From IMG/VR virus record IMGVR_UViG_3300028145_000020, positions 1 to 25,417 of that record: a stretch of DNA of 25,417 nucleotides, one strand, 5' to 3'. Shown one piece after another: positions 15,356-22,690 of this stretch. This DNA comes from a virus. Taxonomy: Duplodnaviria > Caudoviricetes. How positions within the stretch are numbered: position 1 is the stretch's first letter; every line of letters starts with the position of its first letter. The position numbers and the translations under genes are program-made. Under the pieces are notes generated by a model that saw only the letters and a program-made list of their open reading frames with translations, was not told the DNA's origin and did no database searches.

Positions 15356-16810
15356 GTGGCCAATGTCGGCGAAGGTGATGTCTTTCTTCTCGACGGCGAG
15401 AGCGCGCGCCGGCTGATTGACGACGCTGTCAACGATGAAAGACAGCTCGACACACCAGGGCGCCGGCCGCAGCGTGCGCCGGCTTCGTTCGTCACGCAGT
15501 TCTGTCTTGTCACAAGCGACACGCAGAACGCCAACACCTTTTGGCCGGGGAAAGTTCAGTTCCGAGATACGGCGACGAAGACCTGGACTGATTTCGGAAA
15601 CGTGTGGGTTGAATCATCGACAGGCGAAGGGCTGAAGAATAATCAGCGTCCGTATTGTCGCCTTGTTGGTTTGAACGCCGCTGACGGCTTACCGGTATTC
15701 GAGACGTGCGCTGTCGGTGCTGATCCAGGCTGTTGCCCTGGAAACCTCGGTGGCAAGCCGCTTGGCGGCGGCGCGATTCTTGGCGGCACCAATTGCTGTT
15801 GCACTGGCGGAACGACTCCACCACCTGGCGGTATTGGCGGAACTCCGCTTTGCAATGATCCGGGAAATCAAGCTATCCGTTGCAGTCAATATACACGACC
15901 GATTGTTATCAATGGTTTGACTTGGTGGGCAAACGCATTTGGCATCGGGGCTGGAGAAGTTGTGTGGTGCGGTCCTGGACCGGAACCGGCAAACGGGCCA
16001 GGTCCAGGATGGATTCCATTTAGTTGTGGGTGGATATGTTTACCGGCGCTTATGGGTGGTAGCTGTTTCGGTGGGATCAGTGGAACCAGCGGCGGCGGTG
16101 GTGTCATTTCTGGCGGTGGCGGAACTGGCGGTGTGCCAGGAATGTCTGGCGGCTTTACAAGACCTTCGCCTGTGTCTCCTGGTCTGCCGAATCCAATTGG
16201 GACCGGTCAGTCGATCGATGGCGGCGGTGTGAGCCTGCCTTATCCGACTCCCGGTATTGCTCCCGGTACTCCATTGTTTCGCAACACCAATCCGCCGAGG
16301 CCGGTTTATGCAACGCCGATTGGCGGGGGGCCGCTTGGCGGTGGCGGCAGCGCGTTCATATTCCCGAGCGAAGGCGGGACCGGAACAACGAGTCCAGGAG
16401 CAAGCGGGAATGTTCTTACTAGCAATGGGACGGCTTGGGTAAGTTTGCCGCCTGGTGTCGGCGGCCAGACGATCAACCCCACGATTTCCGCGAGCCAAAA
16501 CGATTATAGCTTTGGCGGTCTGGTGGCTGTCGGCGGTGATAACGTCGTGGTTCTCGCATCGTCTGGTGTCGGGCCGTGGGACATCACCGGTATCGCGATT
16601 AGCCAGGTTGATCGCACGCGGTTGACGATCATCAAGACCGCGAGCGCGCCCAACGTGGTCTTGAAACACAACTCGGCATCATCGGGAGCGGCCAACAAGA
16701 TGCGCCTCGGCAATGCCGCGGTTGACATCACGCTGACCGGTGACAAGACAGTCTCGTTTATTTACGACGGAACTCAAGGCAACTGGAAAATGACCGCGAA
16801 CAGTAACTAA
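15356..16810 (+). CDS. Putative tail fibre/tail-tip protein with Cys-rich and Gly/Pro-rich middle
   Basis: Contains GGTGTTSPGASGNVLTSNGTAWVS, a fibre-type motif, and a C-terminal beta domain ending SFIYDGTQGNW. Confidence 0.75.
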   Translation: MANVGEGDVFLLDGESARRLIDDAVNDERQLDTPGRRPQRAPASFVTQFCLVTSDTQNANTFWPGKVQFRDTATKTWTDFGNVWVESSTGEGLKNNQRPYCRLVGLNAADGLPVFETCAVGADPGCCPGNLGGKPLGGGAILGGTNCCCTGGTTPPPGGIGGTPLCNDPGNQAIRCSQYTRPIVINGLTWWANAFGIGAGEVVWCGPGPEPANGPGPGWIPFSCGWICLPALMGGSCFGGISGTSGGGGVISGGGGTGGVPGMSGGFTRPSPVSPGLPNPIGTGQSIDGGGVSLPYPTPGIAPGTPLFRNTNPPRPVYATPIGGGPLGGGGSAFIFPSEGGTGTTSPGASGNVLTSNGTAWVSLPPGVGGQTINPTISASQNDYSFGGLVAVGGDNVVVLASSGVGPWDITGIAISQVDRTRLTIIKTASAPNVVLKHNSASSGAANKMRLGNAAVDITLTGDKTVSFIYDGTQGNWKMTANSN

Positions 16811-16822
16811 GAGGATTCAGGA

Positions 16823-17218
16823 ATGGGAGCGCCGCTTTATCCGACCGCTTCAAGAAGCAACCGCGTTGCAATCGCGGCCGCCAACGCCGGCCAGCGAACC
16901 GGCACAGGAGCATCAACCGGTATTGCCGGTGTTGCGGCCGGGACCAAAGTGCAGGCGCTGCGGCTGGCAATGACCGCCACCAACGCACAGACGATCCTGC
17001 GCGTGTTCAAACATGACGGCACCAACTATGCCTTGTTGTTTGAAGTCAACATCCCCGAAAACACCATCGTTATCGGCGGCAAGACGGCCTGGTCACTGGT
17101 GCTTGGCAGCGATGCCAATCCACTTGGGATCTCGTTGCCGAACACCAGCTTTACAATGCGGTATTCGATGGAAACGGCTGACTCGATTGTCATCACCGAA
17201 GAGGTAATTGACTTCTGA
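16823..17218 (+). CDS. Putative virion fibre-associated protein, 131 aa
   Basis: GAGGA SD; beta-sandwich-like composition; follows the fibre gene. Confidence 0.75.
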   Translation: MGAPLYPTASRSNRVAIAAANAGQRTGTGASTGIAGVAAGTKVQALRLAMTATNAQTILRVFKHDGTNYALLFEVNIPENTIVIGGKTAWSLVLGSDANPLGISLPNTSFTMRYSMETADSIVITEEVIDF

Positions 17219-17232
17219 CCGCGGAGTAGGAA

Positions 17233-17661
17233 ATGCCAGCAGCTTACAACAAATTCAACGCGTTTACCGAGGACGTTTGCGAGAAAAAGCACGACCTCGG
17301 TGCGGATACGCTTAAGCTGTTGCTGACGCTTACGGCGCCGGTCGCGACCAATTCTGTCAAGGCAGACCTGACCGAGATTGCACCGGGAAATGGTTATTCG
17401 GCAGGCGGCAATACGATCACGGTCACGACATCAGCGCAGGCGAGCGGCACTTACACGCTGGCCGCGAACCAAGTTGTGTTCACGGCGTCAGGTGGGCCAT
17501 TCGCGAACTTACGCTACGTGGTGTTTTATAACTCGACGCCGGCTGCGGGCCCGCTGATAGCATGGTGGGATTACGGGGTCACACTGACGTTGAACGACGG
17601 AGAAACGCTGACCGTGAAATTCAACAGCGCAAGCCCGGGAACGATTTTTACCCTGGTGTGA
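17233..17661 (+). CDS. Putative fibre subunit ('bead') protein, 142 aa
   Basis: GGAG SD; YNKFNAF.E...KHDLGADTLKL...EIA.GNGY.AGG...LIAWWDYG..LTL.DGETLTV.F, a pattern I recognise from phage virion proteins. Confidence 0.8.
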   Translation: MPAAYNKFNAFTEDVCEKKHDLGADTLKLLLTLTAPVATNSVKADLTEIAPGNGYSAGGNTITVTTSAQASGTYTLAANQVVFTASGGPFANLRYVVFYNSTPAAGPLIAWWDYGVTLTLNDGETLTVKFNSASPGTIFTLV

Positions 17662-17662
17662 G

Positions 17663-17836
17663 ATGGATGATATTGACCGCTCGACCCGACCGCATGAATG
17701 CTGCCGCGAGATTGGCAATCTGCTTGTCGGCAAAGATGGCGGTATGACGGTGGAACGCTGCTTGGTCTGCGGCCGGAACCATTACATTCTGGAAGCTGAG
17801 CCTGGGCAGTTTGGAATCACAGGAAGTCGGGTTTGA
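17663..17836 (+). CDS. Small Cys/His protein, 57 aa (not in ORF track)
   Basis: Manual translation MDDIDRSTRPHECCREIGNLLVGKDGGMTVERCLVCGRNHYILEAEPGQFGITGSRV; TGA-G-ATG junction; fills the gap between two genes. Confidence 0.7.
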   Translation: MDDIDRSTRPHECCREIGNLLVGKDGGMTVERCLVCGRNHYILEAEPGQFGITGSRV

Positions 17837-17857
17837 AACTCTAACCGCGAGGGAACG

Positions 17858-18409
17858 ATGGCTGACGGATTATTTTATCTCGACACGCGCGAGCCGCATA
17901 TCGTCTCAAACGTGGCGATTGTGACGATGACCACGACCGCTAAGGCAATGTATCCCGCCGCCGCTTTCCCAACGCTCGGCGGCGGGTATTTCTCCCGGCC
18001 CGGCAAGGCAATCAAGATCAGCGCATCGATGCTGTTCACGTTGCCCGCCACGCCAGGGAACTTGTCATTCAACGTCCTGTGGGGAACCGGTGCCGACGCC
18101 AACGGAACCAACCTGCTCACCGGTACGCCGGTCGCGGCCACGAACGCAACCAAGCGGGCCTACCTTGAATGCACGGTACGCTGCATCACGACCGGCACGT
18201 CCGGCTCGCTGCAGGCGTGGTATGTCTGCTATTTCGATGTTGGGTTGGTCGCATCGCCGAACTTTATCTACTTCGCTCCTTCTGGTGCGCTGGCAGCCGC
18301 GGTGACGGCTGACACCACGGCAGCGAATATCATCTCTGTTCAACCGCTGCAATCAGGCACGGCGGGAACTGTTCAGGTTGACGATCTGCGCGTCGAGGCG
18401 TTGAACTGA
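17858..18409 (+). CDS. Putative virion beta-sandwich protein, 183 aa
   Basis: GAGGGA SD; Thr/Ala/Gly-rich beta composition in the fibre block. Confidence 0.75.
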   Translation: MADGLFYLDTREPHIVSNVAIVTMTTTAKAMYPAAAFPTLGGGYFSRPGKAIKISASMLFTLPATPGNLSFNVLWGTGADANGTNLLTGTPVAATNATKRAYLECTVRCITTGTSGSLQAWYVCYFDVGLVASPNFIYFAPSGALAAAVTADTTAANIISVQPLQSGTAGTVQVDDLRVEALN

Positions 18410-18410
18410 G

Positions 18411-19232
18411 ATGCCGGTTCTAATCTGGCCATTGATGGACAAGCTGCGGCGACCGACCGCCTACCAGCGCTGGCCGAAGGCGATGGCGAACGCGCGCGTA
18501 CAGTTGCCGCCTACGATACCGTGGGATGACAATGACCGGCCAGGACCGCTCTTTTTCGGTCAAGTCCGAAGCGATCCGCAACTCTGGAATATTGCTCCGT
18601 GGAATTTCGGCCTATGTGCAATCGGGGTGCAGTCGGCATTTCTAACGACGTTCCGAACCAATCCGCGGGCCAATCCGGTTTCGGAACAGACCCACGAACC
18701 GGCTGCGATTCATCCGCTGATTTTCGGTCAGGTATTCCCACCGTCGCCACCGGTCAGAGACGACCGGCAGGCGAGTCCAATTATCTGGCCGCTTCTCAAA
18801 CGGTTGGCGTTCAATCCTAAGCGGATTGTTGCGGGGAGTCCAATCAACCTACAGGCGCGATTGTGCAGGATCGCCGGCCAGCAAAACCCTAACGCCGTGA
18901 CGGGGAAACCGCCTGCGGTGCTGCGACCGTGGGCCTACGGCAGTCCGGTGTTTAAGCCGGCGGTCGTCCACGGACTGAAACCATTACCACCACGCATCGC
19001 AACCATCGAGGGATTTACACGGGACAATACCGGCGCGATTCTTGGCAATTGCATTGTTGAGTTGTATCTCACGGCCACGGACGAGCCGTTATTTAAAACC
19101 ACGTCCGACGCGAACGGATTCTTCCGGTTTACGGCCGCGAGGTATTCGCCAGCGACTCATTACCTTGTGGCGTACAAAGCCGGCTCGCCAGACGTTGCGG
19201 GCACGTCGGTCAACACGCTACAAGGGGTCTAG
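18411..19232 (+). CDS. Pro/Trp-rich N-terminus plus C-terminal carboxypeptidase-regulatory-like (prealbumin) domain, 273 aa
   Basis: C-terminal IEGFTRDNTGAILGNCIVELY...TTSDANGFFRF pattern; TGA-G-ATG junction; the N-terminal extent is less certain. Confidence 0.65.
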   Translation: MPVLIWPLMDKLRRPTAYQRWPKAMANARVQLPPTIPWDDNDRPGPLFFGQVRSDPQLWNIAPWNFGLCAIGVQSAFLTTFRTNPRANPVSEQTHEPAAIHPLIFGQVFPPSPPVRDDRQASPIIWPLLKRLAFNPKRIVAGSPINLQARLCRIAGQQNPNAVTGKPPAVLRPWAYGSPVFKPAVVHGLKPLPPRIATIEGFTRDNTGAILGNCIVELYLTATDEPLFKTTSDANGFFRFTAARYSPATHYLVAYKAGSPDVAGTSVNTLQGV

Positions 19233-19234
19233 CA

Positions 19235-19441
19235 ATGAGTGTGGCCAGTACGTTCGCTACCGCATTGGCGACAGCGATTGCCGAACGGTCGGCGATTCCA
19301 CCGCCAGTAGCATGGACTGGAAGCGAGTTGTTGACTGTGACGATTACTTCGGATGGCGGCTGTATTATGGATCGGTCGGCAACCTTGACGGCTGCACAGG
19401 CGTTGGATCTTGGGACCTGGCTGGTGAGTAATTTCACATGA
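19235..19441 (+). CDS. Small protein, paralog A (68 aa)
   Basis: Coupled ORF; similar to the next gene. Confidence 0.75.
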   Translation: MSVASTFATALATAIAERSAIPPPVAWTGSELLTVTITSDGGCIMDRSATLTAAQALDLGTWLVSNFT

Positions 19442-19659
19442 GTATTGCATCCGATTTTGCTGCTGCTGTCGCTGCCGCCGAGTCTGATATTGCGGCGGCT
19501 AAGGTCACGCGCCCGGCGCCGTTCGTCGGCCCGAATGGGAAAGCCGAGGTTACAGACTCGGGCGGATTGAAACTGACACCAACAACGGTGGGGAACTTTG
19601 AAATCAGCGGGGCGGCTGCGCTGGCGTTCCGAAACTGGTTGACGAGCGTATTCGGGTAA
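19438..19659 (+). CDS. Small protein, paralog B (73 aa)
   Basis: ATGA overlap; MSIASDFAAAVA vs MSVASTFATALA; both end AL...WL.S.F. Confidence 0.75.
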   Translation: MSIASDFAAAVAAAESDIAAAKVTRPAPFVGPNGKAEVTDSGGLKLTPTTVGNFEISGAAALAFRNWLTSVFG

Positions 19660-19662
19660 CTC

Positions 19663-20061
19663 ATGGCAACGGACATTTTTCTTTGGACGGTTCCTTCGGA
19701 TACCAATCCGAACGATGTCCGGCTGCGCGATCCGACCAGGGCCGGAACTGCTGCCTATGTCCTTAATGTCGATGCCGGTTCCTACTCAATCACCGGCGCA
19801 CCTGCTCGGCTTCTCGCCAGCCGCCAGTTGAACGCCGGCGCCGGATCGTATGCGATTTCCGGCAAGGCAACCGGACTGCTGGCCAGCCGAGTCCTGGCGG
19901 CTGCGCCGGGTGCCTACGTTGTCACCGGCAATGCCGTGACGTTCGTTTACACGCCGGTCGGTCCTACGGGGCCGGGGCGGATTGCATTCCCACCGCAGGT
20001 AATTACCAGCGCGGACGTGCCGCGGGTTTCCACGGTCGCAAGGCCAAGGCGAAGGAGCTGA
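19663..20061 (+). CDS. Putative fibre 'rope'/adaptor protein with three 22-aa repeats
   Basis: Repeats of xLxxxxGxYxxxGxxxxLxxxR; C-terminal motif shared with 21675..21896. Confidence 0.75.
   Translation: MATDIFLWTVPSDTNPNDVRLRDPTRAGTAAYVLNVDAGSYSITGAPARLLASRQLNAGAGSYAISGKATGLLASRVLAAAPGAYVVTGNAVTFVYTPVGPTGPGRIAFPPQVITSADVPRVSTVARPRRRS
19759..19956 (+). repeat. Three tandem 22-codon protein repeats
   Basis: VLNVDAGSYSITGAPARLLASR / QLNAGAGSYAISGKATGLLASR / VLAAAPGAYVVTGNAVTFVYTP. Confidence 0.9.
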
Positions 20062-20062
20062 T

Positions 20063-20365
20063 ATGGCATTCAACAGCGGCAAGAACTTGACTTACTTCCA
20101 GCGCAAAAAGAACTGGTGCGCGGCCATGATGAACCTATACGAAGAGGCCAAGCGCTTACAGGCACTCAGAGCGGTTGAGGTTGCGCCCGGTGGGAGCGAG
20201 AACGCAGCCTATGTGGATGTGCCGTCGATCGCCACCAAGGCCGAGGCCAACGCGCTTGACGGGATTCAAGGCGAGTTCGTGACGTTTATGGCCGGTGGCG
20301 GCACGCTTGGCAGTTCGGTGCGAAGTGATTTTATGGTTCCGTTTGTTGATGAGGTGCCCGCGTGA
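20063..20365 (+). CDS. Hypothetical protein, 100 aa
   Basis: AAGGAG SD; GTGA coupling to the next gene. Confidence 0.75.
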   Translation: MAFNSGKNLTYFQRKKNWCAAMMNLYEEAKRLQALRAVEVAPGGSENAAYVDVPSIATKAEANALDGIQGEFVTFMAGGGTLGSSVRSDFMVPFVDEVPA

Positions 20366-21678
20366 CGACGTGGTTCGTGAACTCCGGGGCGGTTGGTGCG
20401 AACAACGGAACAAGCTGGACCGATGCTTGGACTTCGCTGGCATCGTCAACGTCTGTGGCGGCCGGTGATGTCGTGAAGGTCCATAAGACGCATTCACAGA
20501 CCGGACTGGCTGCCGCTTTGAATTGGACCAATGGTGTATTTGCCAACCCGGTGAGGGTCGCCTGTGTTGACAAGGACAATGGCGACGCGCCGGCAACCGG
20601 CGCCAGCGCGGAATGGACAACGACCGCGCTGGGGCCGCAGAGCGGAACCGGTCTGATCGCCAGCGGGATGAAGTGGAAGTCAACCGCTGCGGTGCTTCGA
20701 CTTATCGGCGTGACAAACGCGTACATGCGTTACGAAAATTGTACGTGGGTTTCCACCGGTTCGGCTGGTATTGATTGCGGGGCCGGGTCCAGGGTGCGGG
20801 TGGATTTCATTAACTGCGACGTGGATTTTTCCGGTGCATCAAGCGCCGCGGTTGCAATCTTTTTTTCCAGTACTTTCATCTTCAACTGGACTGGCGGGTC
20901 GTACATTTTGCGCGGTACGCAAACCAATGCTTTCAGGTGCCCAACATCTGCGGTTGCTCCAATTAATTTCCGCGGTGTGAACTTGGTCGGCACCGTGACG
21001 GATTTCTTCGACCAGGGCGCAAACTTTGCGGGACTCTTCAAATTCGATGGCTGCGGGCTTCCGAACTATACCAATCTGTTCGCGGGCGGCGCAACGCCAT
21101 CCAGCCTAAGCGGGCGCGTCAGCTTCGACGGTTGCCAATCCGGCACTCTCGTTGCTCAGTTGTTGCGCCCGAGCATCCAGGCGGATGCAACCGGCACTCT
21201 TGACGAAACGCGGTCGCGCTATCGTTCCGGTGGCGCGGACCAAAGCGCGGCCGCCGATGGTTCCGACCCGCACAGTATTGAGATCGTCACCACCGCCAAC
21301 GCGGGCACGTTGACGACACCATTCGAGACGCCGCAGATCCCGCTGTTCGTCCAGGCCGGCGCGCAGACGCTGACCTTTCACATTGCTAGCGGGGTAACGC
21401 TCACTGACGCCGAGGCATGGGTGGAAGTCCTTTCGCCCAGCGAGGCCGTGAGTTCAACAGCACAATTCCGATACCAGTCAACCAGGTGCCTTTTACTTGC
21501 AACACCGGCTGTGCTGGCCAGCGACAGCGGGGAAACCTGGGTTGGGTCTGGCGTTGGAACGAAACAAAAGATGTCGGTTACGATCAACCCGACGCTGCCG
21601 GGAATTATCTACTGGCATTTCAATCTGGCCAAGCCAACGACGACCGTTTACGTCTGTCCAAGGGCTACAATTGCATGA
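20362..21678 (+). CDS. Putative tailspike/receptor-binding protein with right-handed beta-helix (pectin-lyase-like), 438 aa
   Basis: N-terminal WFVNSGAVGANNGTSWTDAWTSL...AGDVVKV motif typical of beta-helix proteins; recurring YENC/FINC/FDGC rungs; C-terminal beta-sandwich; GAGGTG SD. Confidence 0.75.
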   Translation: MTTWFVNSGAVGANNGTSWTDAWTSLASSTSVAAGDVVKVHKTHSQTGLAAALNWTNGVFANPVRVACVDKDNGDAPATGASAEWTTTALGPQSGTGLIASGMKWKSTAAVLRLIGVTNAYMRYENCTWVSTGSAGIDCGAGSRVRVDFINCDVDFSGASSAAVAIFFSSTFIFNWTGGSYILRGTQTNAFRCPTSAVAPINFRGVNLVGTVTDFFDQGANFAGLFKFDGCGLPNYTNLFAGGATPSSLSGRVSFDGCQSGTLVAQLLRPSIQADATGTLDETRSRYRSGGADQSAAADGSDPHSIEIVTTANAGTLTTPFETPQIPLFVQAGAQTLTFHIASGVTLTDAEAWVEVLSPSEAVSSTAQFRYQSTRCLLLATPAVLASDSGETWVGSGVGTKQKMSVTINPTLPGIIYWHFNLAKPTTTVYVCPRATIA

Positions 21679-21896
21679 GAGTCTATTACGCCGATGGGCG
21701 CTATGTCGTTGAAGACTCGCAGCGAACTTATTTCGCGGACGGGGCTTACTTTGATGGCAGGTGGATCAATCCGCTGCGCGACCCCGGTGAGATCGCGCGG
21801 CCGTTGCGGGTGCCGTTGACGGGTACGCCGCCGCTGGTTGCAGCAACAGCGCGGCCGCATCAGGTGGCGACGACAGACACACCGGCGAGGGTTTGA
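21675..21896 (+). CDS. Small putative spike-anchoring adaptor, 73 aa
   Basis: ATGA overlap; duplicated YYADGRY/YFADGAY; C-terminal PxxV 9-residue periodic tail; start revised from 21417. Confidence 0.7.
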   Translation: MRVYYADGRYVVEDSQRTYFADGAYFDGRWINPLRDPGEIARPLRVPLTGTPPLVAATARPHQVATTDTPARV

Positions 21897-21897
21897 G

Positions 21898-22212
21898 ATG
21901 GGCGTGCCGTTGGTTGAGTTCCGTTGCAGCGTCGGCAGCAAGCCGCTGAACTATACCGTTGATTTAAGCGAGCAGGATTTCGTCTTATCGCAGAACCTGT
22001 TGAGTTGCACGATCGAGATACTACCGGCCTATGTGGGCCAGATTACGCTCGGAGCCGCGACAGTAAGCGGCAAGCGCGCCACGGCTTCAGTCACGGCCAT
22101 GACCGGCAGCGTCGCTGGCACGCGGGTCAAGACGCAATGGAAAGCGGTCGCGGCCGATGGGCAGACGTTCGATCAACCGGTTGATTTCGTCATCGAGGAT
22201 CGCGGCGAATAG
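21898..22212 (+). CDS. Putative fibre-tail adaptor protein, 104 aa
   Basis: LNYTVDLS...SCT...ITLG...GKRATASV...AGTRVK.....ADGQTFD..V.FVI pattern resembles phage fibre-tail adaptor proteins; start revised from 21838. Confidence 0.6.
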   Translation: MGVPLVEFRCSVGSKPLNYTVDLSEQDFVLSQNLLSCTIEILPAYVGQITLGAATVSGKRATASVTAMTGSVAGTRVKTQWKAVAADGQTFDQPVDFVIEDRGE

Positions 22213-22218
22213 CGCGGC

Positions 22219-22247
22219 TTGCGGTAATCAGCGCAACCCGCTAGACT
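22219..22247 (+). promoter_or_regulatory. Candidate sigma70 promoter
   Basis: TTGCGG (22219-22224), 17-nt spacer, TAGACT (22242-22247) in an intergenic gap. Confidence 0.6.
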
Positions 22248-22253
22248 ACAGGC

Positions 22254-22342
22254 AACCAAACACGGGCGACGCAGCGGAGTTATAAACCACTGCGAAGCCA
22301 CAATAAGGCCGTGCGGGGCCGCAACCTCCGCGCGGCTTTTTT
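22254..22342 (+). ncRNA. Candidate ~90-nt leader RNA/sRNA
   Basis: Lies between the candidate promoter and terminator; hairpin 22265-22299 (GGC-GA-CGCAGCGG, loop AGTTATAAA, CCACTGCG-AA-GCC). Confidence 0.45.
22305..22342 (+). terminator. Intrinsic terminator
   Basis: GCCGTGCGGGG / CTCCGCGCGGC stem (two G-U pairs) followed by TTTTTTGTT. Confidence 0.8.
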
Positions 22343-22382
22343 GTTGCGCTCGCCCGCTTTTGGTTCGTTCAAGGGGCAACCT

Positions 22383-22661
22383 TTGGGCAAACGTCTAAGG
22401 CCCGTTGACCATGCAACCGCGTTCAGACGCGCCAAGATCAATCACGTTTTGCAATCCGATTGGGGCAGTACCGTTTGGCTCGACATTGAATTTGATGAGC
22501 CAAGCCACGAGCAATTGCGGGTGACGCTTTTCGATGCGCCGGACTTTATTGACGCGTGTGCGGATACGCCGGTTGAGATGAGTGCCGAGTTTATTTTCTG
22601 CCATGGCCAGAAATGGGCGCGGCGGCTGAACTATACGCAGGCAAGGTTGTGCAAGCCATGA
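22383..22661 (+). CDS. Hypothetical protein, 92 aa
   Basis: AAGGGG SD then in-frame TTG at 22383; globular-looking sequence; the track start 22311 lies inside the terminator and was rejected. Confidence 0.6.
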   Translation: MGKRLRPVDHATAFRRAKINHVLQSDWGSTVWLDIEFDEPSHEQLRVTLFDAPDFIDACADTPVEMSAEFIFCHGQKWARRLNYTQARLCKP

Positions 22662-22690
22662 CGGTCCGTTTCCCAAAGGAGTTCCCTTCG

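Noticed and set aside
15356-22212. Diversity-generating retroelement or invertible fibre cassette
   Set aside because: No reverse transcriptase, recombinase, TR/VR pair or long inverted repeats seen in this window
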